64,000 nt of DNA from Lachnospiraceae bacterium (lineage in GTDB: Bacteria > Bacillota > Clostridia > Lachnospirales > Lachnospiraceae). The DNA is taken from contig JAFSRP010000054.1 of NCBI GenBank assembly GCA_017446045.1, positions 30,852 through 94,851 of the forward strand. Direction: 5' to 3'. The position numbers and the translations under genes are program-made. Each line of letters starts with the position of its first letter. Positions within the stretch are counted from its first letter, which is position 1. The notes below the pieces were generated by a model, which did no database searches, was not told the origin of the DNA, and saw nothing but the letters and a program-made list of their open reading frames with translations. Shown piece by piece: positions 46,413 to 56,782 of this stretch.

Positions 46413-47465
46413 TTACATCTGTGCCTTCATCCAGCCGAGCAGATATTTGTTCACTTCCATCCGGTCCGTTTCGTTCAGGATCTCATGCCGGTCCCCCGCA
46501 AAAAGACGCAGGGCGATACGGTCATGGCCCGTCTTCCTGAGCAGCGTATACAGCCTGCGCACACCCCTGCCCATATCTCCCACCGGGTCCTCCGAGCCGG
46601 AGACCAGCAGCAGGGGCAGCGCAGCCGGTATATTCCGGATGTTCTTTTTTTTGCAGCTCTCCAGCACAAATGACAGCAAGCCCTCATATCCGTTCAGAGT
46701 AAATATAAAACGGCTTTTGGGATTCGCGTGATATGCAGTCACGATCTTCCGATCCTTGCAAAGCCAGCTGCGGTCCGGATCTTTTCCGAATGTATCATAC
46801 CGTTTATATGGTCCGCTCCCGGTCGAGATCTTCCGTATCAATCTGCTGCGGTATGCCCATCCCTTCCATGCAGCGATCAGGCGGAGCAGGATCAGCGCTC
46901 CGGCTGTCGTTGCCGGAGCAACGTATCCCGTACCCATGATCACCGCACCGCATAACGATATTTCCGCCGCTGCCCCGGCACCTTCCGCAGTCCCAGTCTC
47001 CTTCCCGGCCGCTCTGCCCGTCAGAGCGATCCTGTCCGCATAATCGCTCAGATACGTCCTCAGTTCATAAGAACCCATGCTGTGTCCGAGAATATAATAC
47101 GGAATGCCGGGATATTTCTTCTGTGTCATGATACAAAGCCTGTGAACATCCGCCAGCAGAATACGCTTCGGATGATGTTCGGCGACATCACGGGTAAACA
47201 GTCCGAGCTCTTTTTTTGAGCGGGCTGTGTCGCCATGTCCCAGCTGATCATGCATCACGACTACGAAGCCCTGACTGCACAGATACTCTGCAAATGCCGC
47301 ATAGCGGTCCTTGTATTCGCACATTCCATGAATGATCTGAAGCACGGCCCGGGGCTTTCTGTCTCCTATCCTTCCGTCTCCGGCCATGCTTTGAGGCTGC
47401 CACTCGACCGCATGGATCCTGTGTTCCCGGTCAGCGGAAAGATATGTGAATTCTCTCGTGATCAT
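46413..47465 (-). CDS. alpha/beta hydrolase (lysophospholipase / monoacylglycerol-lipase-like)
   Basis: HGMCEY...GHGDT and the nucleophile elbow GHSMGS. There is a late Asp/His region (SGSEDPV..., GDRHE). Confidence 0.75.
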   Translation of the reverse strand: MITREFTYLSADREHRIHAVEWQPQSMAGDGRIGDRKPRAVLQIIHGMCEYKDRYAAFAEYLCSQGFVVVMHDQLGHGDTARSKKELGLFTRDVAEHHPKRILLADVHRLCIMTQKKYPGIPYYILGHSMGSYELRTYLSDYADRIALTGRAAGKETGTAEGAGAAAEISLCGAVIMGTGYVAPATTAGALILLRLIAAWKGWAYRSRLIRKISTGSGPYKRYDTFGKDPDRSWLCKDRKIVTAYHANPKSRFIFTLNGYEGLLSFVLESCKKKNIRNIPAALPLLLVSGSEDPVGDMGRGVRRLYTLLRKTGHDRIALRLFAGDRHEILNETDRMEVNKYLLGWMKAQM

Positions 47466-47552
47466 AACGCACTCCCTGTTTCCCCATTATATGAAATATG
47501 CCGGACCGGTCTCTGCCGTTTCGTCATTTTCCGATCCACATTATCCGGTCCA

Positions 47553-48236
47553 TCATTCTCCCAAATAATTGAGCGCCGCATAGGCACGCCAGCCATCCTC
47601 GCCCCAGAGTCCCTTGCCGGCATTTTCCGCTTCTTTCCGTATCGTGTAAAAAAGGGATTCATATGGTTCCCCCTCTTCCATGATGTACGTGACTGCATAG
47701 CCGTCCTTCAGCATCCGGGCATTCAGACTCTCACGAAGTATTGCCTCCGTCAGGCCATCAGTGAGATCCGGCCGAGCGGTCCATACCAGTCGCAGATGGC
47801 GGCCGTAATTATCGCTTTCTCTCACTGCTTCCTGTCCCGGATCCTGCCCGGTCACTCCTGCTGCATCTTCACCGGCAACGCTGCCTGCTGCCGGCAACAG
47901 GATCCAGATCCGGTCACCTCCATGTACCAGCTCATGCATGTGTTCCGATGCCATATCGCCATAGACAGAATTACGTTTTTTGTCCTGATGCACACTTTCC
48001 GGCGCGTCGATCCCAAGAAGACGGACTTTCGTTTCATCTGTCAGAAGCAACGTGTCACCATCCACAACACTTCTGACCGTCACCGCCTTCAGTTCTCCTG
48101 AACCCGCGTTTTCCGCGGAATGACGGGCATCTTCTGCTGCCTGCCAGGAATTGACGTAATGTCCTGCCGCCAGCACAAATACCACCGCAGCCGCAATGAC
48201 CAAAAGTATATTCAGTTTTTTCCTGAAAGACTTCAT
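47553..48236 (-). CDS. thermonuclease (staphylococcal nuclease, SNase) family protein with an N-terminal anchor
   Basis: VVDGDTLLL...VRLLGIDAPE SNase motif and an N-terminal hydrophobic helix. The start is uncertain: the ORF track uses TTG at 48257, and I prefer the ATG at 48236 (MKSFRKK). Confidence 0.7.
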   Translation of the reverse strand: MKSFRKKLNILLVIAAAVVFVLAAGHYVNSWQAAEDARHSAENAGSGELKAVTVRSVVDGDTLLLTDETKVRLLGIDAPESVHQDKKRNSVYGDMASEHMHELVHGGDRIWILLPAAGSVAGEDAAGVTGQDPGQEAVRESDNYGRHLRLVWTARPDLTDGLTEAILRESLNARMLKDGYAVTYIMEEGEPYESLFYTIRKEAENAGKGLWGEDGWRAYAALNYLGE

Positions 48237-48260
48237 AATAGCTGCCACGGCCTCCAAAGG

Positions 48261-48321
48261 AAATGCACTGTACAGCCTTAACTATACCATACCGGTACAT
48301 ACTGTGCCATACAGTGCATTT
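48261..48321. repeat. 12-bp perfect inverted repeat with a 37-nt loop, immediately upstream of the nuclease gene
   Basis: AAATGCACTGTA (48261-48272) pairs with TACAGTGCATTT (48310-48321). The loop contains the palindrome TACCGGTA. Confidence 0.6.
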
Positions 48322-48410
48322 ACGTCTTTTAAAACATCATTAACAAAGAAGGGCGGCGGGCTGTACCCATACCGTTATGTGTCACCGCTCCCGTCAGCCG
48401 ATCAGCCTGA

Positions 48411-50240
48411 TCAGCCAGCGAACATCATTCCGTCAAAACACTCCATCAGCTCATACCCGTTGATCGTCGGCGGCCACTCCTCATGGTCGTCCATCTTCAC
48501 CCGGAAGACATTGCCATCATTGTCCTTCATGTCGGTATAGGTCTTTAAGTCGGAACGGAAGAAATGCAGCGCGGTACCCGCGGGTACCGGGACGTTCTGT
48601 TCGATCACCTTGTCAAGAGATGGATCCACCCGGTCAAATTCAAGATCCCGAAGCGTCGTCAGCTCAAAGTTGCCATTTTCCACATCATAGTACGGTGTCT
48701 CCGGGATCAGAACATCCTGTGCGCCGATGGAATACCAGCGTCTCGCTCCCAGTGTACTTAGAAGGTCGTACCGGCAGCTCATGCTGAAGTGTGTGATATC
48801 TACAGGAAGAGCTCTCCATGAGCCATTATACTCTTCCCGTAAGCGTTCCGGGATCACGCCGCCAAACGCGGCATTTTCCTCACCAAAATAGATCGCCCCG
48901 TCTTCTTGCAGATCAAAGGTATACATGATCCGGTAATCATTGTCCGTCACGGTGTCGACCATCAGGATATCATGGCCATAAGCCCGGATATAGACCGGGT
49001 TGAAACGGTAGAAATACGCATTGTCCGCCTCACAGTCCTTGCCGTTGATGATCACATGCAGGCTGTTGTACTCGCCGTATTCGTTCTGATCCGCGCAGAT
49101 AAGCACTTCATCCATTGTGCCGTTTTCACCGAGATCCGTCTTGAGCGGGACATAATCCGCCATTTCGATCACATAGTTCTCCTGTGCGGTCCTGGTGCAG
49201 CATGCATCGAACAGCTCCGGTGCTTCATCAAAACGGATGTGTACCGTCTGCATGCCGGATGCATATGCCGCCAGGTCATAGGGGCCGAACCAGAAGCTGA
49301 TGCCGTCCGGCTCAAGCGTAAAGGCAGCTTCTGCTTCATTTTCATCTTCTTTTTCGTCAAAGTAGGAACGGATGGTGTCTTCGTAACTTTCAAAGAAGAT
49401 CTGCTCATCGTAATCGGTACGCAGCTTTTCCAGCACCAGCTCGCCCATGGCAGGGATATCCTTTACCAGATCTCCGAGTTTCAGCTCATGGCCGGTCTGT
49501 GAATCGTAGGTATATCCGCCATAGCCGTAGTCGCCATGCGCACCGCCCCAGTAGCTTTCACTGGCGCCAAGATAACTGAAGATCCCGGCATCCGCACGAT
49601 GCACATGAACATAACCGTCCATGGAAAGCGGCGCATACAGGGGATAACCATCCTTCACCATGTTCCTGGCTTCTCCTGTCAGAAGTTTGAACTCTTCCTG
49701 AAAACGGCTGATCCGCTTTTCCGCCTCCCGGTTCAGCGCCCTGTCAAGCGCAGGAAATGCTTCTGCCGCTTCATCCGTAAGGTACACACAGTCATAAGTC
49801 GTCCCGGAAAGCTGTTTATACTCTCCGTCCACCTCATCCCACTGGTAGTCCATTCGCTGATTGATCATATAGAGGGGAATGCCGTCAGGAATATCTCCGG
49901 CTTCCTCCGGCGTATCTTCGACAGTAGTTTCTTCCTCCGGCTGTTCCAAAGCTTCAGCAGCCTTTTCAGCGCCGTTTTCCGCGGCAGTTTCCTCCGCGAG
50001 CTCTGTCTCTTCCGCCGCTGCAGCCTCTGCTTCGGTCTGCTCTTCCTTCGCTTCTGCTGAACTTGTAAATTCCTCCAGGAGCTCCCGTGCCTTTCCTCCG
50101 GACTGTGACTCCGCAGAAGTCTCCGTTTCCGGTGCAGGGGAAGCCGGCGCACTCTTGCTGCCGCAGCCCGCAAGCGATACCGCCAGCAGTATTGCCGCAA
50201 CTGACGCCCCCAGATAAGCTCTCACATACATCTTTTTCAT
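48411..50240 (-). CDS. lipoprotein with an acidic linker and a DUF3298/RsiV-like domain plus an uncharacterised C-terminal domain
   Basis: I chose the ATG at 50240 (GGAGG 5 nt upstream). The lipobox is LAGC. The central segment SYWGGAHGDYGYGGYTYD resembles the DUF3298 signature. Confidence 0.7.
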   Translation of the reverse strand: MKKMYVRAYLGASVAAILLAVSLAGCGSKSAPASPAPETETSAESQSGGKARELLEEFTSSAEAKEEQTEAEAAAAEETELAEETAAENGAEKAAEALEQPEEETTVEDTPEEAGDIPDGIPLYMINQRMDYQWDEVDGEYKQLSGTTYDCVYLTDEAAEAFPALDRALNREAEKRISRFQEEFKLLTGEARNMVKDGYPLYAPLSMDGYVHVHRADAGIFSYLGASESYWGGAHGDYGYGGYTYDSQTGHELKLGDLVKDIPAMGELVLEKLRTDYDEQIFFESYEDTIRSYFDEKEDENEAEAAFTLEPDGISFWFGPYDLAAYASGMQTVHIRFDEAPELFDACCTRTAQENYVIEMADYVPLKTDLGENGTMDEVLICADQNEYGEYNSLHVIINGKDCEADNAYFYRFNPVYIRAYGHDILMVDTVTDNDYRIMYTFDLQEDGAIYFGEENAAFGGVIPERLREEYNGSWRALPVDITHFSMSCRYDLLSTLGARRWYSIGAQDVLIPETPYYDVENGNFELTTLRDLEFDRVDPSLDKVIEQNVPVPAGTALHFFRSDLKTYTDMKDNDGNVFRVKMDDHEEWPPTINGYELMECFDGMMFAG

Positions 50241-50342
50241 ATTTTCCTCCCTGCTGAACCCTGCAGTCTGAAAAGGATCTGTTGTTCTCTGATTAACATT
50301 ATACATTCGATCTGACACCTGTGAAACATCTTTTCAGACGTA

Positions 50343-51338
50343 TCAGGGAGTCTTATCTTTCTTTTTATCCGTGAGCAGACCGGTCAGGACGGCAGCCAGC
50401 GCAAAGTTGAGGGCTACCGCAATGATCGGTGGGATCGCAACAGCAGGCGCGGTATCCGCAAATCCGGCAGCAATACCGACAGCCAGCGCATTGTTCTGTT
50501 CGCAGGAGACCAGTATCGCTGCTTTGGCACGCGGCCGGCTCATACGCAGAAGCCGTGTTACCAGAGTTACCCCGGCTGCCGCGATCACAAAGTTTACGGT
50601 AAGTGCCAGTATCACGATCAGTGCCTCAACACTGAGGATGACATCCTTATTGGGCGCTGTGCTGTTGCAGATGATCAGCATGACTGACAGAAGGCTGAAT
50701 GTCGTAAGGACACGGCGGAACCCCTGCAGCCGCTCCTGAAATGTACTTCTGAGAATGATGCCGGCTGTGATAGGGATCAGCACGATGATCGTAATGTTGA
50801 TCACCATACTGATGAGATCCACATCCACACGCGCGCCGCCCAGCAGCAGGGTCAGCAGGGGTGAAATGACGGGCGCGAGAAAAGTGCACAGCACACAGAG
50901 CGCAACACCAAAAGAGATCTCGCCTCCGGCCAGTGCGACCAGGACCGCGGCACCGGTGCCGGGCGGCATTGCTCCCAGAAGGATCAGTCCAAAGGCAAGC
51001 TGGTCATTCATCCGGAGGATCCTTGCAGTGATCCAGGCACCTGCCGCCATGATCACATATTTGGCTGCGATCCCTGCTGCAAGATCCAGCGGCCGGTGTA
51101 TCACTCCCAGGATCTCCTTTATGCTGATCGAAGCTCCCGCACCGAGCATGATAATCATGAGCATAAAGCTCGTCAGCGACAGGGTGAAGGAATACGACCC
51201 GAAATGAATGCTCCCAAGAGTCATGTGCCCCATTGCCGTAAAGGGTCCCGGCACAAGAAGGCTCAGGGCCACGGAGATCAGTACAAATACCGTCAGATAC
51301 CGGTTTACAAATCGATTGACAGACTCAAGTGTTTTCAA
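50343..51338 (-). CDS. bile acid:sodium symporter (BASS/SBF) family transporter
   Basis: About 10 TM helices. The overall pattern (LGAMPPGTGAAV..., ...SCEQNNALAVGIA) resembles the SBF family. It starts 15 nt after the upstream AKR gene's stop. Confidence 0.65.
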   Translation of the reverse strand: MKTLESVNRFVNRYLTVFVLISVALSLLVPGPFTAMGHMTLGSIHFGSYSFTLSLTSFMLMIIMLGAGASISIKEILGVIHRPLDLAAGIAAKYVIMAAGAWITARILRMNDQLAFGLILLGAMPPGTGAAVLVALAGGEISFGVALCVLCTFLAPVISPLLTLLLGGARVDVDLISMVINITIIVLIPITAGIILRSTFQERLQGFRRVLTTFSLLSVMLIICNSTAPNKDVILSVEALIVILALTVNFVIAAAGVTLVTRLLRMSRPRAKAAILVSCEQNNALAVGIAAGFADTAPAVAIPPIIAVALNFALAAVLTGLLTDKKKDKTP

Positions 51339-51353
51339 TGTGTCTTATGCTCC

Positions 51354-52520
51354 TCAATATCCGAATATAGCCGCAGCCTTTTTCATATTTTCAATAATAG
51401 ATACCGAGAAAGGACAGCGTGTCTCACAGCTGCCGCAGGATATACATTCCCCGGCATGATGCGGCAGGACCTTATAGTGCTCACGCACCGTCTCAGGGAT
51501 CGCCTCACGCGATTCTCCCGCGCCCTGTGCCTCCGCCAGATGAAGAAATCTGGTGACCTCGGCAACACTGATGCCCATCGGACAGGGCGCGCAATGACTG
51601 CAATACATGCAGTGCCCGCTCCAGCTGATCTTTGGCATGGCAGCAAGTGCCGGCGCATAGTCCCGTTCTTCATCCGAAGCATCCTCATAAGCTGCGGCCC
51701 GGCGGATATCATCCTCAGACCGCGCTCCCGCCATCACAGACGCGGCACCCGGCCGGCTCAATGCGTAGTGCAGACACTGATTCTCTGTCAGCGCCGCTTT
51801 CGCAGGAGAAAGCTCTGCATTCAACAGATCGCCGCCTCCGAATGCCTTCATTACCGTAATGCCCACGCCCTTTTTCTGACAAAGCTCATACAGAGCCTGC
51901 CGTTCGGGATCCATGTTCAGGAGCTTCTGCTCGTAGTTCTTTTCATTCCATAATTCTTCGACGTCTTCATTGGCCGGAAGAAGGTCATAGCAGGGATTGA
52001 TGCTGAACATCAGTACTTCGATGGCCCCTTCCTGTACAGCTTTCAGACCAACCTGCGGATTATGGCTGGAAAGCCCGACCGCGCGGATCACACCCCGGGC
52101 TTTCAATTCCTTTGCATACGCAAGGATACCGTTCTTTTTGACCTCTTCCCAATCCGAGAGTGAATCACAATAATGGATCATGCCGATATCCAGATAGTCT
52201 GTCCCGAGTCTCAGCAGCTGGTCCTCAAACGCAGCTTTCGTTTCTGCAAGATCCCGGGAACGCATATACTGCCCGTTTTTCCAGCAGGAGCAAAGATGAC
52301 CCTGCAGAATGAAGCGTTCACGCCTTCGCTTCAGGGCTTTTCCGAGATTTGTGCGAAAATCGGGATCCGGGGTGTACATATCAATGCAGTTGATCCCATA
52401 TTCTTCCAAAAGGTCAACAAACCGGCAGTATCCTTCCTCTGTCTGAAGCAGAAATCCTTCACAACCCATACCGATCTCACTTACTTTTATTCCCGTAGTA
52501 CCAAGTTCTCTGTATTTCAT
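51354..52520 (-). CDS. aldo/keto reductase with a C-terminal 4Fe-4S domain
   Basis: AKR N-terminus MKYRELGTTGIKVSEIGMG. The C-terminal Cys motifs are CMYCSHCAPCP and CISCGSCETRCP. Confidence 0.8.
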   Translation of the reverse strand: MKYRELGTTGIKVSEIGMGCEGFLLQTEEGYCRFVDLLEEYGINCIDMYTPDPDFRTNLGKALKRRRERFILQGHLCSCWKNGQYMRSRDLAETKAAFEDQLLRLGTDYLDIGMIHYCDSLSDWEEVKKNGILAYAKELKARGVIRAVGLSSHNPQVGLKAVQEGAIEVLMFSINPCYDLLPANEDVEELWNEKNYEQKLLNMDPERQALYELCQKKGVGITVMKAFGGGDLLNAELSPAKAALTENQCLHYALSRPGAASVMAGARSEDDIRRAAAYEDASDEERDYAPALAAMPKISWSGHCMYCSHCAPCPMGISVAEVTRFLHLAEAQGAGESREAIPETVREHYKVLPHHAGECISCGSCETRCPFSVSIIENMKKAAAIFGY

Positions 52521-52610
52521 AAAACTCTCCGTTTTGTTCGTCGTCTAGTGCGGTACTATTATACCATATTTATTGAAAATGCTCATGCAACAGATACAGT
52601 GTGAAGCTGG

Positions 52611-52870
52611 CATTTTCCATATATGACCAATCTTCATTTCTGACACCAAATTTAAGTCTGAAAAATCCGGTTTTGATTTACATAAGATAGCGAATTCTCC
52701 ATATATGAAAAAACCTGAATTTTGACACCATCAGTTTTACCGATTTACATGGTGTCAAAATTCAAGTTTAATGATATATAGAAAAATTTAAACTTATGTA
52801 AACTAATCCAGGCGTATTTCAAGCTTCTGAATGGTGTCAAATGTAGAGTTTGCGTTTATATGGAAAAATG
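52611..52870. repeat. 260-bp imperfect palindrome (two arms of about 121 nt at roughly 70% identity by eye) with a perfect 15-bp core inverted repeat
   Basis: The core is GAATTTTGACACCAT (52717-52731) and ATGGTGTCAAAATTC (52749-52763), separated by 17 nt. The outer arms share the blocks CATTTT(T)CCATATA, TGACACCA, GATTTACATAAG/AGTTTACATAAG and TCCATATATGA/TCTATATATCA in mirrored order. Confidence 0.8.
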
Positions 52871-52925
52871 GGTCTTATAACTTACTTATATCCGCACTCA
52901 CACTGGCAAATCCTCAAAAACAATT

Positions 52926-52956
52926 CATGGGAGCTCAAGCTGGCTTGGCTCCCATG
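52926..52956 (-). terminator. hairpin 3 of a tandem terminator series downstream of groEL
   Basis: 9-bp stem CATGGGAGC / GCTCCCATG. On the minus strand it is followed by AAUUGUUUUUG. Confidence 0.5.
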
Positions 52957-52977
52957 TCATCTTTAAGAAAACAAACA

Positions 52978-53012
52978 GGGATCACTTCGTGCTCTCGCAC
53001 TCCCGTGATCCC
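52978..53012 (-). terminator. hairpin 2 downstream of groEL
   Basis: 8-bp stem GGGATCAC / GTGATCCC. On the minus strand it is followed by UGUUUGUUUUCUU. Confidence 0.55.
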
Positions 53013-53034
53013 TCCAAAACCCTATTCGCAAATC

Positions 53035-53066
53035 GAGCCCTCAGCTTTCGCTTCGGGCTCTTTTTT
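53035..53066. terminator. hairpin 1 downstream of groEL; its U-tract is on the plus-strand side
   Basis: 6-bp stem GAGCCC / GGGCTC followed by TTTTTT on the plus strand (53061-53066). It lies 87 nt past the groEL stop. Confidence 0.45.
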
Positions 53067-53152
53067 GCTCATATCGTTTTGACCGTCAGATGAATCCCTT
53101 CCGATATGAACAAGTTCATACCGTCACCGATCCATCTTCCTGTTTGTTTTCG

Positions 53153-55083
<1,931 letters not shown>

Positions 55084-55182
55084 GGTACAACCTCCTTGAT
55101 CATGTAGAACAGCCTCTGTGCGGCCGTCTGATGTTATGTATGATTTCAATGATCCGGTCAGTATCCTAACCGAACGAATCAT

Positions 55183-55211
55183 AGTATATATCCTTCTGTT
55201 AGCAAAGTCAA
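55183..55211 (-). promoter_or_regulatory. candidate groESL sigma-A promoter overlapping CIRCE
   Basis: On the minus strand: TTGACT, a 17-nt spacer, then TATACT. The -35 box lies inside the CIRCE element. Confidence 0.5.
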
Positions 55212-55225
55212 CCTTTGAGTGCTAA
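55199..55225 (-). promoter_or_regulatory. CIRCE operator (HrcA binding site), one arm degenerate
   Basis: The minus strand reads TTAGCACTC-AAAGGTTGA-CTTTGCTAA against the consensus TTAGCACTC-N9-GAGTGCTAA. The first arm matches 9/9 and the second 6/9. Confidence 0.75.
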
Positions 55226-55266
55226 ATATTTTGACTGAATGTTATAAAAACTTTATTAAATACAAA

Positions 55267-55292
55267 GACCGGGGAGGTAAAACTCCCCGGTC
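55267..55292 (-). terminator. intrinsic terminator after the SAF-domain oxidoreductase gene
   Basis: Perfect 10-bp stem GACCGGGGAG / CTCCCCGGTC with a 6-nt loop. On the minus strand it is followed by UUUGUAUUU. Confidence 0.75.
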
Positions 55293-55329
55293 GTGAAATA
55301 ATACTGCAATAAAGCCGGTCCGCCGCTGA

Positions 55330-56667
55330 TTATGCGAGAAACTTCTTCATCTGCTCTCTGAGCTGCATGGTCTGGCAGTTCGGATCGTACTCGACATCGT
55401 TCAGGGACAGGATCTCGCCAGCCTTGATGTCACGAAGGACCTTCTTGCCCTCTGTGAAGTTCAGCGGAAGCAGGTGTCTCTCAACAGAGACCTTTGCCGG
55501 TGTAGCATTGCCGTATACCCAGAAGCCGCCCTCGCCGTCGAGCACGGTGCCCTTCGGGATGTCGAACTTCGCGACTGCCACAACGTCGGAACGGAATGCG
55601 CTGGAGCATCCAGTCGCCTCATGACGGCAGGCGATCTGCGCGACAGTGATGTTGGTCTCAAGGCCGATCATATGATACGGTCTGTACAGGCAGGTGAACT
55701 CTCCTGACGGATCAGTGTGCATGCCGTACTCTCTGTAGCAGTCCATCATGTACGGGCTGTCGCCATGAAGAGTGACATAGATACCGAAACGAAGATCCTT
55801 GAAGACAGGTCTTCCGTCACGCTCCTCAGAAGCGATGACTTCGACCATGCCGCTGTGATCCAGAAGGCCGCCGTTCGCCTTCGGCTTCAGGATGCGCGGA
55901 AGGTCATCCGTGCCGCAGGGCGGGAAATGCAGGCCGTCAACAGGGGGAAGCAGTCCGGTCGCATTGGAGACCGCTGCCATCTCGATCGCGGACTTGGTGC
56001 CATCCAGGAAGGAGTTGAACATCTGCGCTCTCATGTGGCTCTTCTCCGCATGCTCCGCGGTGATGCCATAATAGCCCCAGATGGTATCCGGTGTGGACTG
56101 ATGATACTCAGGCTGGAATCTGGTTCCCTTACCGGCGCAGACGACTTCGAAGCCGGCAGTTCTTGCCCAGTCGACCATGTCGACGATCTCAGCAGGCTGG
56201 TCGCCCCATGCCATGGAGTAGATAACGCCGTTCTTTCTTGCTTCGTCAGCAAGCACAGCACCTGCAAGGATGTCGCACTCAACGTTGACGCCGACCACGC
56301 TCTTGCCGTTTCTGAAAGCCTTGAGGCAGGTGTCGATACCCAGCTCGGCCTTACCGGTACAGTCGATGACGATATCGATGTACGGGGACTTCAGGAACTC
56401 ATCACGATCGGTGACTACGCAGGTCTTACCGGTCTTATAAGCCTCTTCCATGGTCTTGCAGTCGTACTGCTCCTTCGGCCACTTGGTGGTCTCGAGTGCC
56501 CAGTACGCACGTGCCGGATCAAGTTCACAGATCGCTACCAGATGGCAGCCGATGACCTTGCGGACCTGGGAAACGTACATCGTTCCGAACTTACCGGTAC
56601 CGATAATACCGACTCTTGCGGGCTTACCCTGAGCCTGCAGCTCAGCAAGCATTTGCTGATATCCCAT
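55330..56667 (-). CDS. NAD(P)-dependent oxidoreductase with a C-terminal SAF domain (COG4091 / DRL-like 'predicted homoserine dehydrogenase' family)
   Basis: Rossmann motif VGIIGTGKFG at the N-terminus, about 445 aa, and a C-terminal SAF-like segment (KFDIPKGTVLDGEGG...). AAGGAGGAA lies upstream of the ATG. Confidence 0.65.
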   Translation of the reverse strand: MGYQQMLAELQAQGKPARVGIIGTGKFGTMYVSQVRKVIGCHLVAICELDPARAYWALETTKWPKEQYDCKTMEEAYKTGKTCVVTDRDEFLKSPYIDIVIDCTGKAELGIDTCLKAFRNGKSVVGVNVECDILAGAVLADEARKNGVIYSMAWGDQPAEIVDMVDWARTAGFEVVCAGKGTRFQPEYHQSTPDTIWGYYGITAEHAEKSHMRAQMFNSFLDGTKSAIEMAAVSNATGLLPPVDGLHFPPCGTDDLPRILKPKANGGLLDHSGMVEVIASEERDGRPVFKDLRFGIYVTLHGDSPYMMDCYREYGMHTDPSGEFTCLYRPYHMIGLETNITVAQIACRHEATGCSSAFRSDVVAVAKFDIPKGTVLDGEGGFWVYGNATPAKVSVERHLLPLNFTEGKKVLRDIKAGEILSLNDVEYDPNCQTMQLREQMKKFLA

Positions 56668-56782
56668 GATAATTCCTCCTTAATAAGAAATATATAAAAA
56701 ATGTATCAATTGCTCACAAAACAGTTAGATAAATGCTGCCGGGATCGATCCGCGCTTCATGCGGTCCCGCTCACCTGTGTGA

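Noticed and set aside
52831-53082. 83-aa plus-strand ORF in the groEL-downstream gap.
   Set aside because: It is made almost entirely of the three terminator-type hairpins and the AT-rich palindrome arm. It has no RBS, and its composition is implausible for a protein.
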